A stretch of 60,331 bases of DNA, filler included, from Dugesia japonica (GCA_001938525.1; 5 parts of 5 records of this genome joined end to end with filler, not necessarily neighbours in it); one strand, 5' to 3'. Positions 36,201 to 49,312 are shown, numbered from the whole stretch's first letter. The notes: a model not told the origin generated them from the sequence alone. Numbers and translations: made by a program.

Positions 36201-36960
36201 TTATAAAAAAGTTTTTTGTAATTCATTCTCATAAAATCTTCCAAACATGTTTACATCCTTACGATCTGTAATTTGATAAGTTGGTGGAATTGTTGAATAA
36301 ATTTTTGTCACAGTGAAAATCTCTTCTGTCCATTTAAATGGGTATCCTATCCCAAATGTTTTTTTAACTTTAAATACCCTAACTCGATCTCCTAGGGAGA
36401 ATTTTGGTTTAAAAAATTTTAATTTCTCATAGGTGTTTGGGTTTTCATCTTTTGGTTTTGATTTTATACTAGAGTAAATGGTATTATTGTAATCATCTAC
36501 TAATTTTTGTAATAGGTCATTGGTGATTTGTTGATTTCCGACGGTAGTAAAATGTTTAAACAGTTTGTTTTTAAATTTTCGATTAAATCTTTCAATGACA
36601 ACTGCCTTTCCTTGATTTTCTGTAGAGTACATGTTGATAATATTTTTTATACACCATGTGGAAAATACTTTGTTGTAAAATTCCTTTCCCTCATCAACCC
36701 AGAGATTATTTGGAACTCGATTACTTTTTCCAAGATCCTTTGAATTACATCTCTAACTGTTTTACCGGTTTTATCCTTACAGATTTCTACAAACGCAAAA
36801 CGAGTATAAAGATCAATCACTGTTAATACTACTCGTCGCCTATGAAAAATTAAATCTGCTGACCAAGTTTCATCTTTTTCATTTACTGTTACTTTTAGAA
36901 ATTCTCTCGGCCTTCTTTAATCACGATGAAGCTCATCCGCTAAAATTGTGGGGATCCCCT
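36201..36960 (-). pseudogene. Polinton-type rve integrase, no chromodomain
   Basis: LADELHRD..FLKV..TWSADL..LTVIDLYTRFAF..LWVDEGKEFYN..GKAVVIERFNRKFK..FSLGDRVR..WTEEIFTV..FYENELQK. Confidence 0.93.
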
Positions 36961-37402
36961 GTCCAATTAATATTTTATCCTTTTATTGCAAGTTTTACAA
37001 GAGCTCTTTGAAATGTTTCTTGGATTGTAGGATTTGGGATATTATTAAAGTCGTGAATTAAATTTACATCGGCAATATGTCGATCTTTAAGATCCTCTGA
37101 ACTATAAGCAATTTCGCGTTTCAAGGCCGCCTCGTCTACTTGGTTAACTGGTTCTTCTCCTGGGTTTGGATTATTGTTTTCGTCAAGTCTAATATCTAAT
37201 CTTGTTCCTGGACCAGTGTAATTATGTTGGAATAAATGTCTTTCACCAGGATATTTTTCCCAAGTAAATGGTTTTAATATATTACTAACAAAATTTGATT
37301 TTTGAAGATCACCTCCTTTTTACATGTTTTACAGTTTTACATGTCGAGATTTATTTTTTTTAACAAACGTCTATTGCATTTTTCACACGTAAATTTACTC
37401 AT
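36961..37402 (-). pseudogene. Zn-motif plus parvovirus-type PLA2 domain, N-terminal to the integrase
   Basis: MSKFTCEKC...; HNYTGPGTRLDIRLDENNNPNPGEEPVNQVDEAALKREIAY (HD appears as RE). Confidence 0.88.
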
Positions 37403-37405
37403 TTT

Positions 37406-38741
37406 TTAATGCTTAAATTCAACACCTCGCACATTTTCAATCATGGCAATTTTGTTATTAGCAAGTTTCATTTCTATATGTTTTTCCTCAAGAATACACC
37501 AGTAAATATTTCCTTTAAAATCAGAATCCTTTGTTATGTGCAATGTAACATCAACATTATTTATATTTAATCTGTCATCTGGAGCTGTTACATTAAAACA
37601 AAAGATTGGATACAGTTCGCCAAATTCTTGAAGAGATAATTGTGGTTCTGTGAAAAAGTCTTGATAACATTTTAAAAAATTTAAATAGGGAAAAATCATT
37701 TCATTATTTTCCATATTAAATTTACATTCGTTAATTGGATAGTAATTATNNNNNNNNNNNNNNNNNNNNNNNNNNNNNNNNNNNNNNNNNNNNNNNNNNA
37801 TTTACATTCGTTAATTGGATAGTAATTATTGTTTAATTGAACCTGCATAGTTTTTAAATAATAATTTACAGTTTTATCTACTGTCGCTGGCGCTACTGCT
37901 TTAGTGGTTTTTGATTTCTTTTGAATAAATAAATTATTGTTTGTTGTAAAAGAAATATTTTCATCCTTTACCACAACAAAAATATATCTTGGTTTGTATG
38001 CAAGATTGCTTATTTTCAAAGAAGCATAATTTCCAGAGTCTAAAGTTGTCTTTGATGTAATTCTATTTAAAAATGCGACTTTGATAGGTTTGTCGGTTGC
38101 AATTTTTTCCAAAAGTAATAATTCCATTTTGGGTACAAATCGGCATTTTGGAATATGAAGTTCAAGTGTTGTTAATTTTAATGATGCCGTGCCTTCCCCG
38201 TGAAATAAAAGATTATCATTAATTTGTCGGTTACAAGTAAATTCAATCATTGTATTGTATCGATTAAAATTTTGCATGAATCCAAATAAATTTCTCAATG
38301 GAAAATAACCTTCAAATTTTTTACTCGCGTATAATTTTTTTCGTCTATCCTCATCAAAAATCCATCCTAATAATTCTCCATATACTTTTTTGTGGGTATA
38401 ACTTGTTGTAATAAAATTTAACATTGTTGAAATTACATCCGGCTCTTTAATATCTTCAACATCAGATGCACCAAGGGTTAATCTCATTGATTTAAATAAA
38501 GATGGGAAGAAATTATTTTCCAAGATTATTTTATCTTTATCCATTTCTAATTCTATTTTAAAGTACAACATTGCGTTGCAAATATCTAATGGATTCGTAG
38601 GTTGAAAAATTGAAAAACCACATCCTCATTTGCCATTGGATTATTAATTGAACCAGATGTTGGTGAAATTTATAAAATGTCATTGTTTAACATTTCATGC
38701 GTAAATAAAATATTATTATTGAGATTTATTTTTCCATCCAA
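37406..38741 (-). pseudogene. Double jelly-roll major capsid protein (hexon-like)
   Basis: ORFs 37696-38571 and 37406-37714; LENNFFPSLFKSMRLTLG, FPLRNLFGF, LELHIP, KPRYIFV, YPIFCFNVTAPDDRL. Confidence 0.88.
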
Positions 38742-38747
38742 TTTTAT

Positions 38748-39140
38748 TTAATAATTTTTTAACATGTTTTTCACACTCGCCGCCCTTACCGTTGTGTTTG
38801 TCATTGTGTTTGCCTTTGTGTTTACATCTGCCCATGCCGTTCTCATTTTACCAAGAATAGAAAAAACATCGTCAGAATTTTTTACATCATTAATTTTTTT
38901 ATTTTCATATCTATCTATTAGAGAAATAAATCTTCCATTTGGGTTTCTATATATTATAGTTTTTGTTGTTCTTTTATTATATGGAATATTAAACCTATTT
39001 AAATATGCTCTTACAGTTTTTTCATTTAGTGAGTGAATTTTACAAAAATCTTTTACTGAATTTTCTTTAAAATTATAACTTCTTAACGTTGTAATAAAAA
39101 CTTCAGGCATTTTTAGATGATACTTTTTTAAGATTGGCAC
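38748..39140 (-). CDS. HTH-like DNA-binding protein
   Basis: SVKDFCKIHSLNEKTVRAYLNRFNIP; homolog at 16103. Confidence 0.65.
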   Translation of the reverse strand: MPILKKYHLKMPEVFITTLRSYNFKENSVKDFCKIHSLNEKTVRAYLNRFNIPYNKRTTKTIIYRNPNGRFISLIDRYENKKINDVKNSDDVFSILGKMRTAWADVNTKANTMTNTTVRAASVKNMLKNY

Positions 39141-39441
39141 TTTCTATAGTTTTAACTTCTTTTGGTATTTCTAGGTTTACGTATTTATTACGAACCTCAA
39201 ATTCTTTTATTTTTTCTAACGCCCTGTTACAAAGTATACTAACATCATTTGATTTTACATATGATCTACCATTTTCATTTAATTTTGGTATATATCTAAC
39301 ATTAAAAGTCTTATACTCTATCTTAATTGGTTTCGTTTGTTCTTTTAATTTGGTAAGCGCAATATTAAGCTCATCTCGCTCTTTTTGTAATTCTTTTTTT
39401 TATTCTTGTATTATTTTTAATAAAAATTCATTTTCTCTATT

Positions 39442-39693
39442 AGTAGATAGATAGCAGCAATCATAGCCAGCCCACATTCAGCAAGCCCCCTTTAAGTAAT
39501 CAAATTTAATAGGATTAAGTGGCTATACATTTTCCTGTGTATTTAGTTCGGAACTTATTCGGTGAGGTCAATTGAGGCCAATTTTTTATTGGTTTTAAGT
39601 GGTTTTTATCCAAATTTTTTTCGGTGACGTCGAATAAGGTCTACTTTTGGATAGTTCAGGTTAATTTGGTCAATTATTTCCTCGGGATTCGTT
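39442..39693 (+). mobile_element. Terminus of another element (AGTAGATAGA...) interrupting the viral copy
   Basis: Abrupt end of the coiled-coil frame; the same terminal motif followed by a C-run occurs at 23110 and 27270 (minus strand). Confidence 0.55.
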
Positions 39694-39793
39694 NNNNNNN
39701 NNNNNNNNNNNNNNNNNNNNNNNNNNNNNNNNNNNNNTTAATTAATTAANNNNNNNNNNNNNNNNNNNNNNNNNNNNNNNNNNNNNNNNNNNN
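39694..39793. other. Artificial contig spacer
   Basis: 44N-TTAATTAATTAA-44N. Confidence 0.95.
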
Positions 39794-39825
39794 ATAATAA
39801 TAATAATAATAATAATAATAATTTT

Positions 39826-40041
39826 ACAATTGCAATTATTGCGAGAATAATTGTTGGACGTAACCATCGATCGTTTTAGAGATTTCATTAAAATAAAGCT
39901 TCAATCAAATTTTTTGTTTTTGATATTTCAAAATTTCGACGTAGTCTTCGTCAAAAAGTCAATTGCTGACGAAGACTAAGTCGAAAATTTGAAATATTAT
40001 CCAAACAAAAAAAAATTTAATCGAAGCTTTTATTTTAATGA

Positions 40042-40044
<3 letters not shown>
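39826..40044. mobile_element. Two Penelope-type hammerhead repeats in inverted arrangement between (AAT)n tracts
   Basis: tttcgacgtagtcttcgtca (minus) directly followed by aagtcaattgctgacgaagactaagtcgaaa (plus). Confidence 0.75.
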
Positions 40045-40093
<49 letters not shown>

Positions 40094-40143
40094 NNNNNNN
40101 NNNNNNNNNNNNNNNNNNNNNNNNNNNNNNNNNNNNNNNNNNN

Positions 40144-40197
<54 letters not shown>

Positions 40198-40200
40198 TAT
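40042..40200. repeat. (AAT)n microsatellite
   Basis: Direct inspection; a second tract lies at 42036-42101. Confidence 0.95.
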
Positions 40201-40229
40201 AATAATATTAATAATACTGATAATAACAA

Positions 40230-41543
40230 TAATATTTGACTTTTTCGAGTTGATAAAGATGATTTGTTTCACAAATCTGCTTATTAAGTTGTTGAAAATT
40301 TTCAAATAATCTTGGCTGACAGATTTTAATACATGAAGTGTGTATGAAATCTTGTACATCTTTGCTTGACAATGAGAGCTCATAATGGAGTAACTTAGAA
40401 CTAGTGAAATATCCGTCAAGCGTATCTGATCGAAAAGAAAATAAAATATTATAATATACATTGCCACAGTTAAAATGTACCGGTTGAAGAATACATTTCT
40501 CTTGTTAATAAAATCAATCGAAATCCTGGATTTACATCAAAACAAATCTTAGCTATGCTGCCATATAATATAAATTGAAAGCATGGTCCCAACTGACTCA
40601 ATAATTCTATGTTGTCGATCATCAAAATGATATCTATAAAAACTAATAATAATATTTGAAAATTAAATAATCAACTCATTTTTATGAAATGCTCCAGTTT
40701 CATATCAACCGTTTCATGATCATTAACAGCACAATTGATATATTGTATGATTTCATTGGAATCATTGTGTTCCAATCCGAATGCCTTGGAATGCATTGTG
40801 GTTACCGTGTTCGATTTCAGAACCAAACTTAATATTTCTGCGAAATTATCTACTCCATCATTATGACAATGGATCAATATTATTGATCCGAATTCCAGAA
40901 ATGATATATATGGGCAACATAAGATTAGAGAAACGTAGCTTGCGTTGTCAATATTCAATTTAATTAATGAACTCCACTGATGATAGTCAACCAAATTTCT
41001 CAATTCGTATTCTTCAAACAACTCCAATTGATTTGATTTCTAAAAAAATATTATTATTCAAATATTATAAATTATTAAAAGTTCTAATGGAAATAAATGA
41101 GTGTTCAAGATATAGAAAAAAATTAAAAATATAAAACAAATAAGAAATAAATATAAACAGCCACGATGTTGTATCTTGAAGAATACCAGAAAACCCATTG
41201 GTTTCTCAAATTTGTTACAGACAACCATACAGAAATCATGTAATTAATAAATATATATCACAAAAACATACAAAATATTATGACGTATTTCTACAAAGTT
41301 TTTGTCTGAAGATTTTAAAGAATTGCAACATTTATGTTATCAAAATGGATAATAAAAAGTTCAAATACTTTCTACTATAAATAAATTTTGCATTCAACGT
41401 TAATATTTTCGTATTATCAATCAGAAAGATTCGACAGAATTAGAATAAAATATCATAATATAATTAAAGATGAATCTCCAATTTCAAAAAGAGATCGCTT
41501 ATTCGTGGTTGCGTATAATTGATAACGCATATGATTTCTTATA

Positions 41544-41582
<39 letters not shown>

Positions 41583-42034
41583 AAGGTATATGATGTCAAG
41601 GATATATGATGAAAAAGATATATAAAAGCTTCAATGTGTATTGCAGCTACTGAACTATTTAAAATTGTAATTTCTAGGCGATTTGAGAGCTTGTAGATAA
41701 TAAATTTTGATAACTAATTTTATAATTTCATTTTAACATTAGAAAAGATTTCCCCTGAAATTTGGCTGGCGATTAAAATATCAAAAGCAACATAATTACA
41801 GTAGTAATATTCAGAAAATTCTAAATGTGGTAAAATATCACACCCCATCAATAATGGCTTTTATGATGAACAAAATGTATTAAATTTGCAGCAGAATTAG
41901 CAAAATAAATGATTTATATAACCATCTAGATGAAACATTTCTACATTTGAATAATTATATTTTTCAACTATAAACTTTACAAATGAATGACATCAACTAT
42001 TACAAATCATTTTATGAAAACATTGAGAATATAA

Positions 42035-42101
<67 letters not shown>

Positions 42102-45100
42102 NNNNNNNNNNNNNNNNNNNNNNNNNNNNNNNNNNNNNNNNNNNNNNNNNNNNNNNNNNNNNNNNNNNNNNNNNNNNNNNNNNNNNNNNATTAACATTAA
42201 TAATAATAAAAAAATTATAATGATAACAGTACTAATATTATTATTAATAGTAATAATAATAAATCAACCATGATGTCTGTTTCGTGTGATTGCTGAAAAT
42301 GATTGAATATATTTTGTCTGAATAAGTACAACATAAAATATATGTGAAAATGTTTTGAAATCTCTAACCTTAAGGAGAATGGAATAAAAGATAGATAAAG
42401 ATTGAAAATAATGAAGACGATAATTTCATTAGGAAGAGTTTGTAGTGATTGTTGAAGTTGTTCTAATTGATTATTCCAATCATCTGAATACACTCGTATG
42501 TCTGAAAGTAAATTTTTACCAGAATTGATTTTATATTTTATATCCTGAATGAGCATTTAATTTGTTAATAAAAATAAAAACAAACTCTTATTTGATCCAC
42601 TAATACCTTCTTTCTTGACAGCAATTCCTTATGTTCATTAACCTTGGCCTCTAGATCCTGTCTCATCATATCAGTTCGCACTTTCATTTTTCCAAGTTCA
42701 CTTTGTGCAATATTGACTTTATCTTGAAAAGATAATAACTGTCCTAATTGTGGATTAATTTCTCTGCTGAGACTGCTATATTTTAATATAGCATGTAGCC
42801 ATCCACTAAGCGATGCGGCTGCTCTACTTATCTATGTTACATATTTATTTATTTATTTTGTCTATATATCTCTAATAAATCACAAACATTGACTAATGAT
42901 TCTGAATCAAGATTTTTGTCTGATAATTTCTTTAATAAAAAACTAAATTTGTTATCATCGATATGGTCTTTATCGAAATACAAAAGTTCCTCATACAAAT
43001 TGATTCGAACCATTATTTCTTTGATCTCTTCCCAACTAAGGTTAACAATAACTCAAAAAATTATTTTTGAAAAATTTTACTTTGTGTCATATCCTAGTAA
43101 ATAAAAAATGATCTCCACAAGATCCCTGACTACTTGTGGTGGTTTAATATACGTTTTAATTTCTTCCACGGCCCCAGGATCAAGGTTTCTAATTGTTTCC
43201 AGTGCTGCCATGTAAGTAGGGCTCACCTAAAATATTAGGAATAATGTATCAATAATTAAATTTTTTAAATATCAACAAACAATTGAAATTATTTTTCATC
43301 GATAAACCTGTTTCGATAGATTAACTCATAATAATTATTACATGAATTATTAATTCTATTTAATTACTCACTCAGTCACAACTACCTTTAAACTATTTTA
43401 ATTAAGAATATGGGATTGTTGAAAAAATACCTAAAAAAAGAATTTTATTTATAAAATACCTAAAAATATTTATAGAATTTAAAAATACCTAAAAATAATT
43501 TTCAAATTTACAGAATACCTAAGAAAATATATATACAAAAATCAATAAGAAAATAAATATAAATTAATTGTTTATCTGCCTGGGACAAGTTCGTCGATTA
43601 TGTCCAATTTCCATTATGTACATTTTTCATTTTAGGGGTAATAAAATATATATGTAATATATGAGATTTGAATAAAAAGATTGGTATTATTAAATAATGT
43701 TTTCTTAAATAATTTTTTTAATTGATTTTAAATATTTATATATTTTTATTAGATATTCTAAAAATTCTATAAATATTTTTAGGTATTTTATAAATAAAAT
43801 TCTTTTTTTACGTAATTTTTCAAAAATACCTAAGAATATTCAAAAAAAACTTTGAGAACAAGTGTAATTATAAATTTAAAGATCATATGATGTGACGATG
43901 GACTATGAATTTTTTCGTAATTTCCCAAGACAGTGTCAGATTTTCTGCACTTGTCCCTGGTACCAGCCGGAAAATGATTTGTCCCGAGTACCAGCCGGAA
44001 AATGATTTGTCCCTGGCAACAGCCGGAAAATGATTTGTCCCTGATACTAACCGAAAAATGATTTGCCCCTGGTACCAGCCGAAAAAGGATTTATCCCTGG
44101 GTTCAATTCAAGTGGGTCTATTCAACAAAATCTAACTAAGCTTGCACACGCTACAGTTTTTGATATGATCTAAAAAAATGTGGAACAAATTTCGCGCACA
44201 ATTTTTGTTTTCATAGAATATCATGTACAAATATCATCGACACCTTCTAACATTTTTATGTTAATTCTGCGGTTTTCAGCTAGTACAATGTGCATTAGAT
44301 TCTCATTTTCATCTTACTCGTGGTGAGACGCCCCTCTCTCGGATTTTCCTCCAGTGAATCACGATCATTTTCGTATCTTGAGAAACTTTAAATAGTCAAA
44401 ATAATACAGAAATATTAAAACATGTTTCTGCTAAATTAAAATTAGAATCTATTAATAATGAATCAAGGTTTGTTAATGAAAGTGGTGATGCAATTACTAA
44501 TTTAAGACCTTGCTACGATCCAAAAAATCTTTTCCATATGTAATTTTCATCATTTTAAATGTTTCTGTCGCTGTTTTTTTCACATTCAAAGTTAAATTTT
44601 ATTGCTGCTTTTTGCCCTATTTTGAGAATTCTAACAATGATAACATAGATTATAAATTGAAATTGATTCTGTTAATCAATCACTTAACTGAATGATATTA
44701 AATTTATAAGGCAAGTAGATGAAAGTATATATTATTTATTTCATATGCTGTATTTCACATATAAACTTTTAAACTATTTTTTGTAGCGCTGTCGAAGAAC
44801 TTTTTGAATACACTGCAATAAAATAAAAATAGCAGTTGCATGTAATTCTTAGATTCAAACTAAAACAACAAAGATAGCCTTAAATAAAATGTTCTGGAAT
44901 TGTTTAAAATCCTCTGACAAGCCTAATTCAATGTCATATCCGATTTAAATGTAAAGAATGTTATTAATAGATTTTTTTAAATGATCAATTACAACAACAG
45001 ATATAACAAGAAATCTTGTAAAAAAAAGTAAAATATTATAAAAATTTAGTTGGTTATATTTTTAAAGTATTTTTTCAACATGAAGTACCATTATATTTAT

Positions 45101-47120
45101 TTCTAATCATGTGATTATCAGATAAATGATACACCAGATCGGTTTGTATTGAAATAGTGTGAAGAGTAAAGCAAAACGATCTGATCAATTACGCTGATCT
45201 TACATCGATCTAAACATTTTACACCTCAAAAAATCGTATTAAATTTATTGATTGTCTTTTAATGTTTAACTTACAAGCATTAATTAAGTCATACCTCATT
45301 CAAATTAGATTTTGATTTCTCCTTCAGTTCATTCAATGGGCCTATCAAATCTGCAATAAAATTTTCTTGTTTTCTACATTGATTTAATGCCAATCCATAG
45401 CTCTCTTTCATATTTTTCACTTGACTTGAAGAAAGATTGATTTCTTCATTAAGACTTTGTAGATTTGTTTCAAGAATTACAATTTTTGCTTCTAATTTTT
45501 CAATTTCCTGTTCAGCATTTGTAACAGACTTGATTGCTAACTCACATTGATGTAATTTGGAGTTTCTTATATTATTGAAAATATCGAAAAGGTAATTATA
45601 AAGAGATGCAGCCATTTGTAGATGATGACCATTTATTTGGGATTTCATTTCAAATCGTGTGAAATATTTTCTGAAATAAAGATGAGCATCTGCTAAATAT
45701 CGATAATGATTTGAAGAAGATTGCAAACGAACAGGAATCATATTATCCAGTGATTCTCTATATATTTCAATATTATGATCATCTAGAACCAAATATTTAT
45801 GAGATTTCATCATGAACCAATCAGATAACGCCTTGATGTTGTCATTTACATCAAAATCAGTTCTATTTACTGTTATCAATATTTTCAAGTTTTTTTTGAT
45901 ATTTTCTAAACTAGCTCTAGATTGTCTAGCATTTTCATTAGATTTTAATTTTATCACTGATAGTTCATTGTCAAAAAATCTACGAAAAATTTGGAAAATC
46001 GTTATTATAGAATCTTGTTGTAACAGATTCATTAAAGTTGTTATCAGTTCAGATTTAAAACAAGAAACAGATGAATCCAAATGAAAAACGACTTTTTGAT
46101 TTTCATCAGCAGCTTTAATCATTGCCAAATTTAATGAATAATAGAAATCGCTGGTTGCATTTTTAGCTGATGTTACAAAAGGAATATGAATTGCCTCAAT
46201 AATTTCCGAAAGAAAAATTCCCCAATCTAACCCAGTTACTAAGGATGATGAGGATTCAATAAACAGTGCTGAATTACTCGTAGAATATTGAGAGAAATGT
46301 TTATACATTTTCATGAAGTTTTTCAAAAATATTCCCGTTTTAATAAATCTTTGTAAATATAATGATTTTTCAAGATGTTTACTAATTGAATGAATTTTAC
46401 AAATGTTGTTCACAGCTGTTTCTAACATTTTCTGAGAATGTGGTTCAACAATCGGCTGGTAATATGTATTGTTAATTTGATTATTATTTTCAGAAGATTC
46501 ATCACAAATACGACTTGGCAGCATTATTATCTCGTTATATGATTCAACTGAAATTGGGAAACTTTTAAATAATATTTCATTGATATCGAAAGATAAATCT
46601 TGAAAGAAATGTATATTCAGATACTGGATAATAATGGACATGGAGGTATTTCTTTTCTCGAGATTTGCGATTGGATCAATCATAAATCGTGACACAACAA
46701 AAACTAAGTATCGAATAACTCGAACTTTAACAGCTGACTTTTTATAAGCTTTCGTTAATTCATCTGAAATGTAATATATAATTGTATTTAATAAATAAAA
46801 TGCTTATCTATTTTACCTTTTAATTGGTCATTAGAATAACTATTTGTCAGTCGCGAATCTATTGGGTAAAGTTTTTCAAATTTCCTAAAAAATTCCACAA
46901 ACAAATCCATAGACATAGAGATAAGAGATTTAGTGATTTGTATGAGCCGACTCCAGGTTTGTTGTAGAGGAAAGGAAGTGAGAATTCTATTATTACAAAC
47001 TTCTGATATTAAATCGGTTCTCGCGTGTCTTTCAATAGCTGTTCCGACATCGATAATAAAATTTGAAATTTTCTGAATTCGTTTATTAGAATATTGTGAT
47101 CTTTGTATTAGAAATATCAA
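40230..47120 (-). CDS. Multi-exon divergent dynein heavy chain domain gene (DNHD1-like), partial
   Basis: Exons ~46790-47120, 45293-46765, 43081-43226, ~42888-43016, ~42590-42832, ~40671-41040; stalk/MTBD motif AALETIRNLDPGAVEEIKTYIKPPQVVRDLVEII; coiled coils; degenerate AAA modules. Confidence 0.75.
43408..43832. mobile_element. Intronic MITE-like foldback
   Basis: aaaaaaagaattttatttataaaatacctaaaaatatttatagaattt versus aaattctataaatatttttaggtattttataaataaaattcttttttt. Confidence 0.75.
43951..44100. repeat. 28-bp tandem repeat, 5 copies plus a partial
   Basis: ttgtccctggtaccagccggaaaatgat units, contiguous with no spacers. Confidence 0.9.
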
Positions 47121-48985
47121 TAATAAAAATTTTTAAATGAAAATCTTTTGTGGAATTTAGTAAATTTAACGTTGTTTTAAAACATTTGAAATGAACAGGA
47201 AACATTTTTGATTTATGTAATATTTCAAATTTTAAGCCAATAGAAATTGATTTAAATCAAAATAATTCAAATTCGATTTCTTTTAAGGATTTTTTAACTG
47301 TAGTAAATTGAAAAATTGCTCCTGATAAAGACTATACTGATATATTAAACAATTTAGCAAAAAAAAATTTTGATTTTTGCATTTTTAAAAATAACAGATA
47401 AATTTTTAACAAGTGAAATTTATTGATTATTTTGACAAATAAATATTCAATTGTTAGAAATTATTTACAAATGATTTATAAGGGAATCTTTCAAATTTTT
47501 TACAGAAATTTTTTCCAGAAAAAAATTATTAAAATTTTTATAATATTTAAATTTGTTTTTTATTTTTACGGAAAATCAATTGTAAATTGCAAATTTGTTT
47601 TCACGATCTTATTTTCCCAATTGCTTATATCGAAATCAATTAAAATTATGCGAATATTTATAATATTTTAATATAAATCTGGTAACAAAAGATGTGAAAT
47701 TGATAAATTTAAAAATAATTAAATAAAATTAAGTCAACTGAATAAATTCATTGAATATAAATAATTTTATATCAATAATTTATTAATTTTAANATGTTTA
47801 AATAATTTTAAATTGATTATTTGAATATAAAGTTGTAAAATTTAAGAGATGACAGATCATCAAAATAAACGGATCATTATAAAAAAAATATAATTTTAGC
47901 GTTTAATTTATAATATGAAAATGAAATTATAAAAAATTTTAAAATTAAATTAACATTTTTAAATCTTCAAATAAAGTTACGAATATTTTCATTCAGCTTA
48001 AATTTTTATTATTTTAATAGTTCACTGAAAATTAGTTTTTCTGAATAAAATACAAACTTTAATCAAAATAACAGCGTTATAGAGCAATACTTAAATATTT
48101 CTGTATTCATGACCCTATTTTCATTATGAGATTGTTCAATTATTATGAAGTTATTTAACATTGAAATAAATATTGACATCAAATGAAACAATGTATTGTT
48201 GTTTATACACTTAATTCTTAATGATTAAAACAAATACAGCCAATCAATCATGTTGAAAATACAATGCGAAAGTCGTAATGACGCATAAACTGAAATTTAA
48301 ATGCTTGAATTTAATTTAACTCCAACATTTTTCTTTGCTGCTCAAAATGGAGTCGCGGCGTATACTTCAAAATGTATTGGTTTGGAGATATTAGTGGATA
48401 AGTAATTACTCGAGACTATTGATTTTCATGGCATTTCATTCATAACGCTTACTTGTTTCTAATAATAATGGCTGCATCCCGAGGGTATTGAAAAAACTCA
48501 GTCAAATCATATTCAAATGACCGCTTATTTATTTGATATTAAATATTGACTAATATGCATCGTCAAATCTGCAATTATTCATTCATCAGGCTAAAAGCTC
48601 GTAGTATAATATTAATAGATATCCAACATTGCATTGACAAAATGTTTAAATAATTTCTCCGAACCACTAAAATTTGTAAAGCGAATTTCATGGACACAGC
48701 TAATCATTTCCATTTTAATTGCACATTCAATAAAACTTTATTAAAAATATACTTGTTAAAATATTATTTCTAAATTACCTATTGATTTTCATAAGTAGAA
48801 TGATATTGAAAAAAAATTACAATTTTATTTTTATCCATGATAATTAAGCAGTAACAAAAATCTTGAGTTTAATATAATATATCAATCGATTAATATCAAT
48901 AAAATATGAAATTCTCAAATCAAATGAATTGATATNNNNNNNNNNNNNNNNNNNNNNNNNNNNNNNNNNNNNNNNNNNNNNNNNN

Positions 48986-49245
48986 CTGTCCACATTATCG
49001 TATTGTTCCCTCAAACTCGGCGAGATTAACCCTTCTACCAGAATTTGCCATAATGTCTTGGGTAGTCCTGTTACTTTGAAGTATTTCAAGCATCTTTCAA
49101 TGAATATTTCTACATCTTCTCCTAATCTTTAAAGATCTGGTTGTGCTGTGCTTGTGCCAGTAAATCTCGGGAGGATTGGTCAGTAACCTCAGATGCCATG
49201 TAAGTAGTTTCCTCAGAATCTTCTATTTTGTTATTTGGTTCCATA
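48986..49245 (-). pseudogene. Possible LTR-retrotransposon gag N-terminal fragment
   Basis: Decayed frame SSRDLLAQ..KYFKVTGLPKTLWQILVEGLIS, resembling the start of the 52553 gag. Confidence 0.35.
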
Positions 49246-49312
49246 AAAATTAACACTTGAGTTGTAAAAAAAATATTTCATAACAAAAGGTGATTAAACA
49301 AACAAATTTGAC

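Larger units (their letters stand above)
31840..39441 (-). mobile_element. Endogenous Polinton/adintovirus-like virus with a complete virion morphogenesis module plus integrase (decayed; ends not present)
   Basis: Co-oriented compact genes: HTH, hexon, PLA2-integrase, ATPase, core, unknown, penton, protease, fiber-like and membrane protein. Confidence 0.92.

Noticed and set aside
39989-40467. Poly-Ile ORFs (and the poly-Tyr ORF at 42012)
   Set aside because: Translations of (AAT)n microsatellites and N gaps.
43951-44100. 28-bp repeats resembling a CRISPR array
   Set aside because: Units are contiguous with no unique spacers, there are no cas genes, and the context is a eukaryotic intron; it is a minisatellite.
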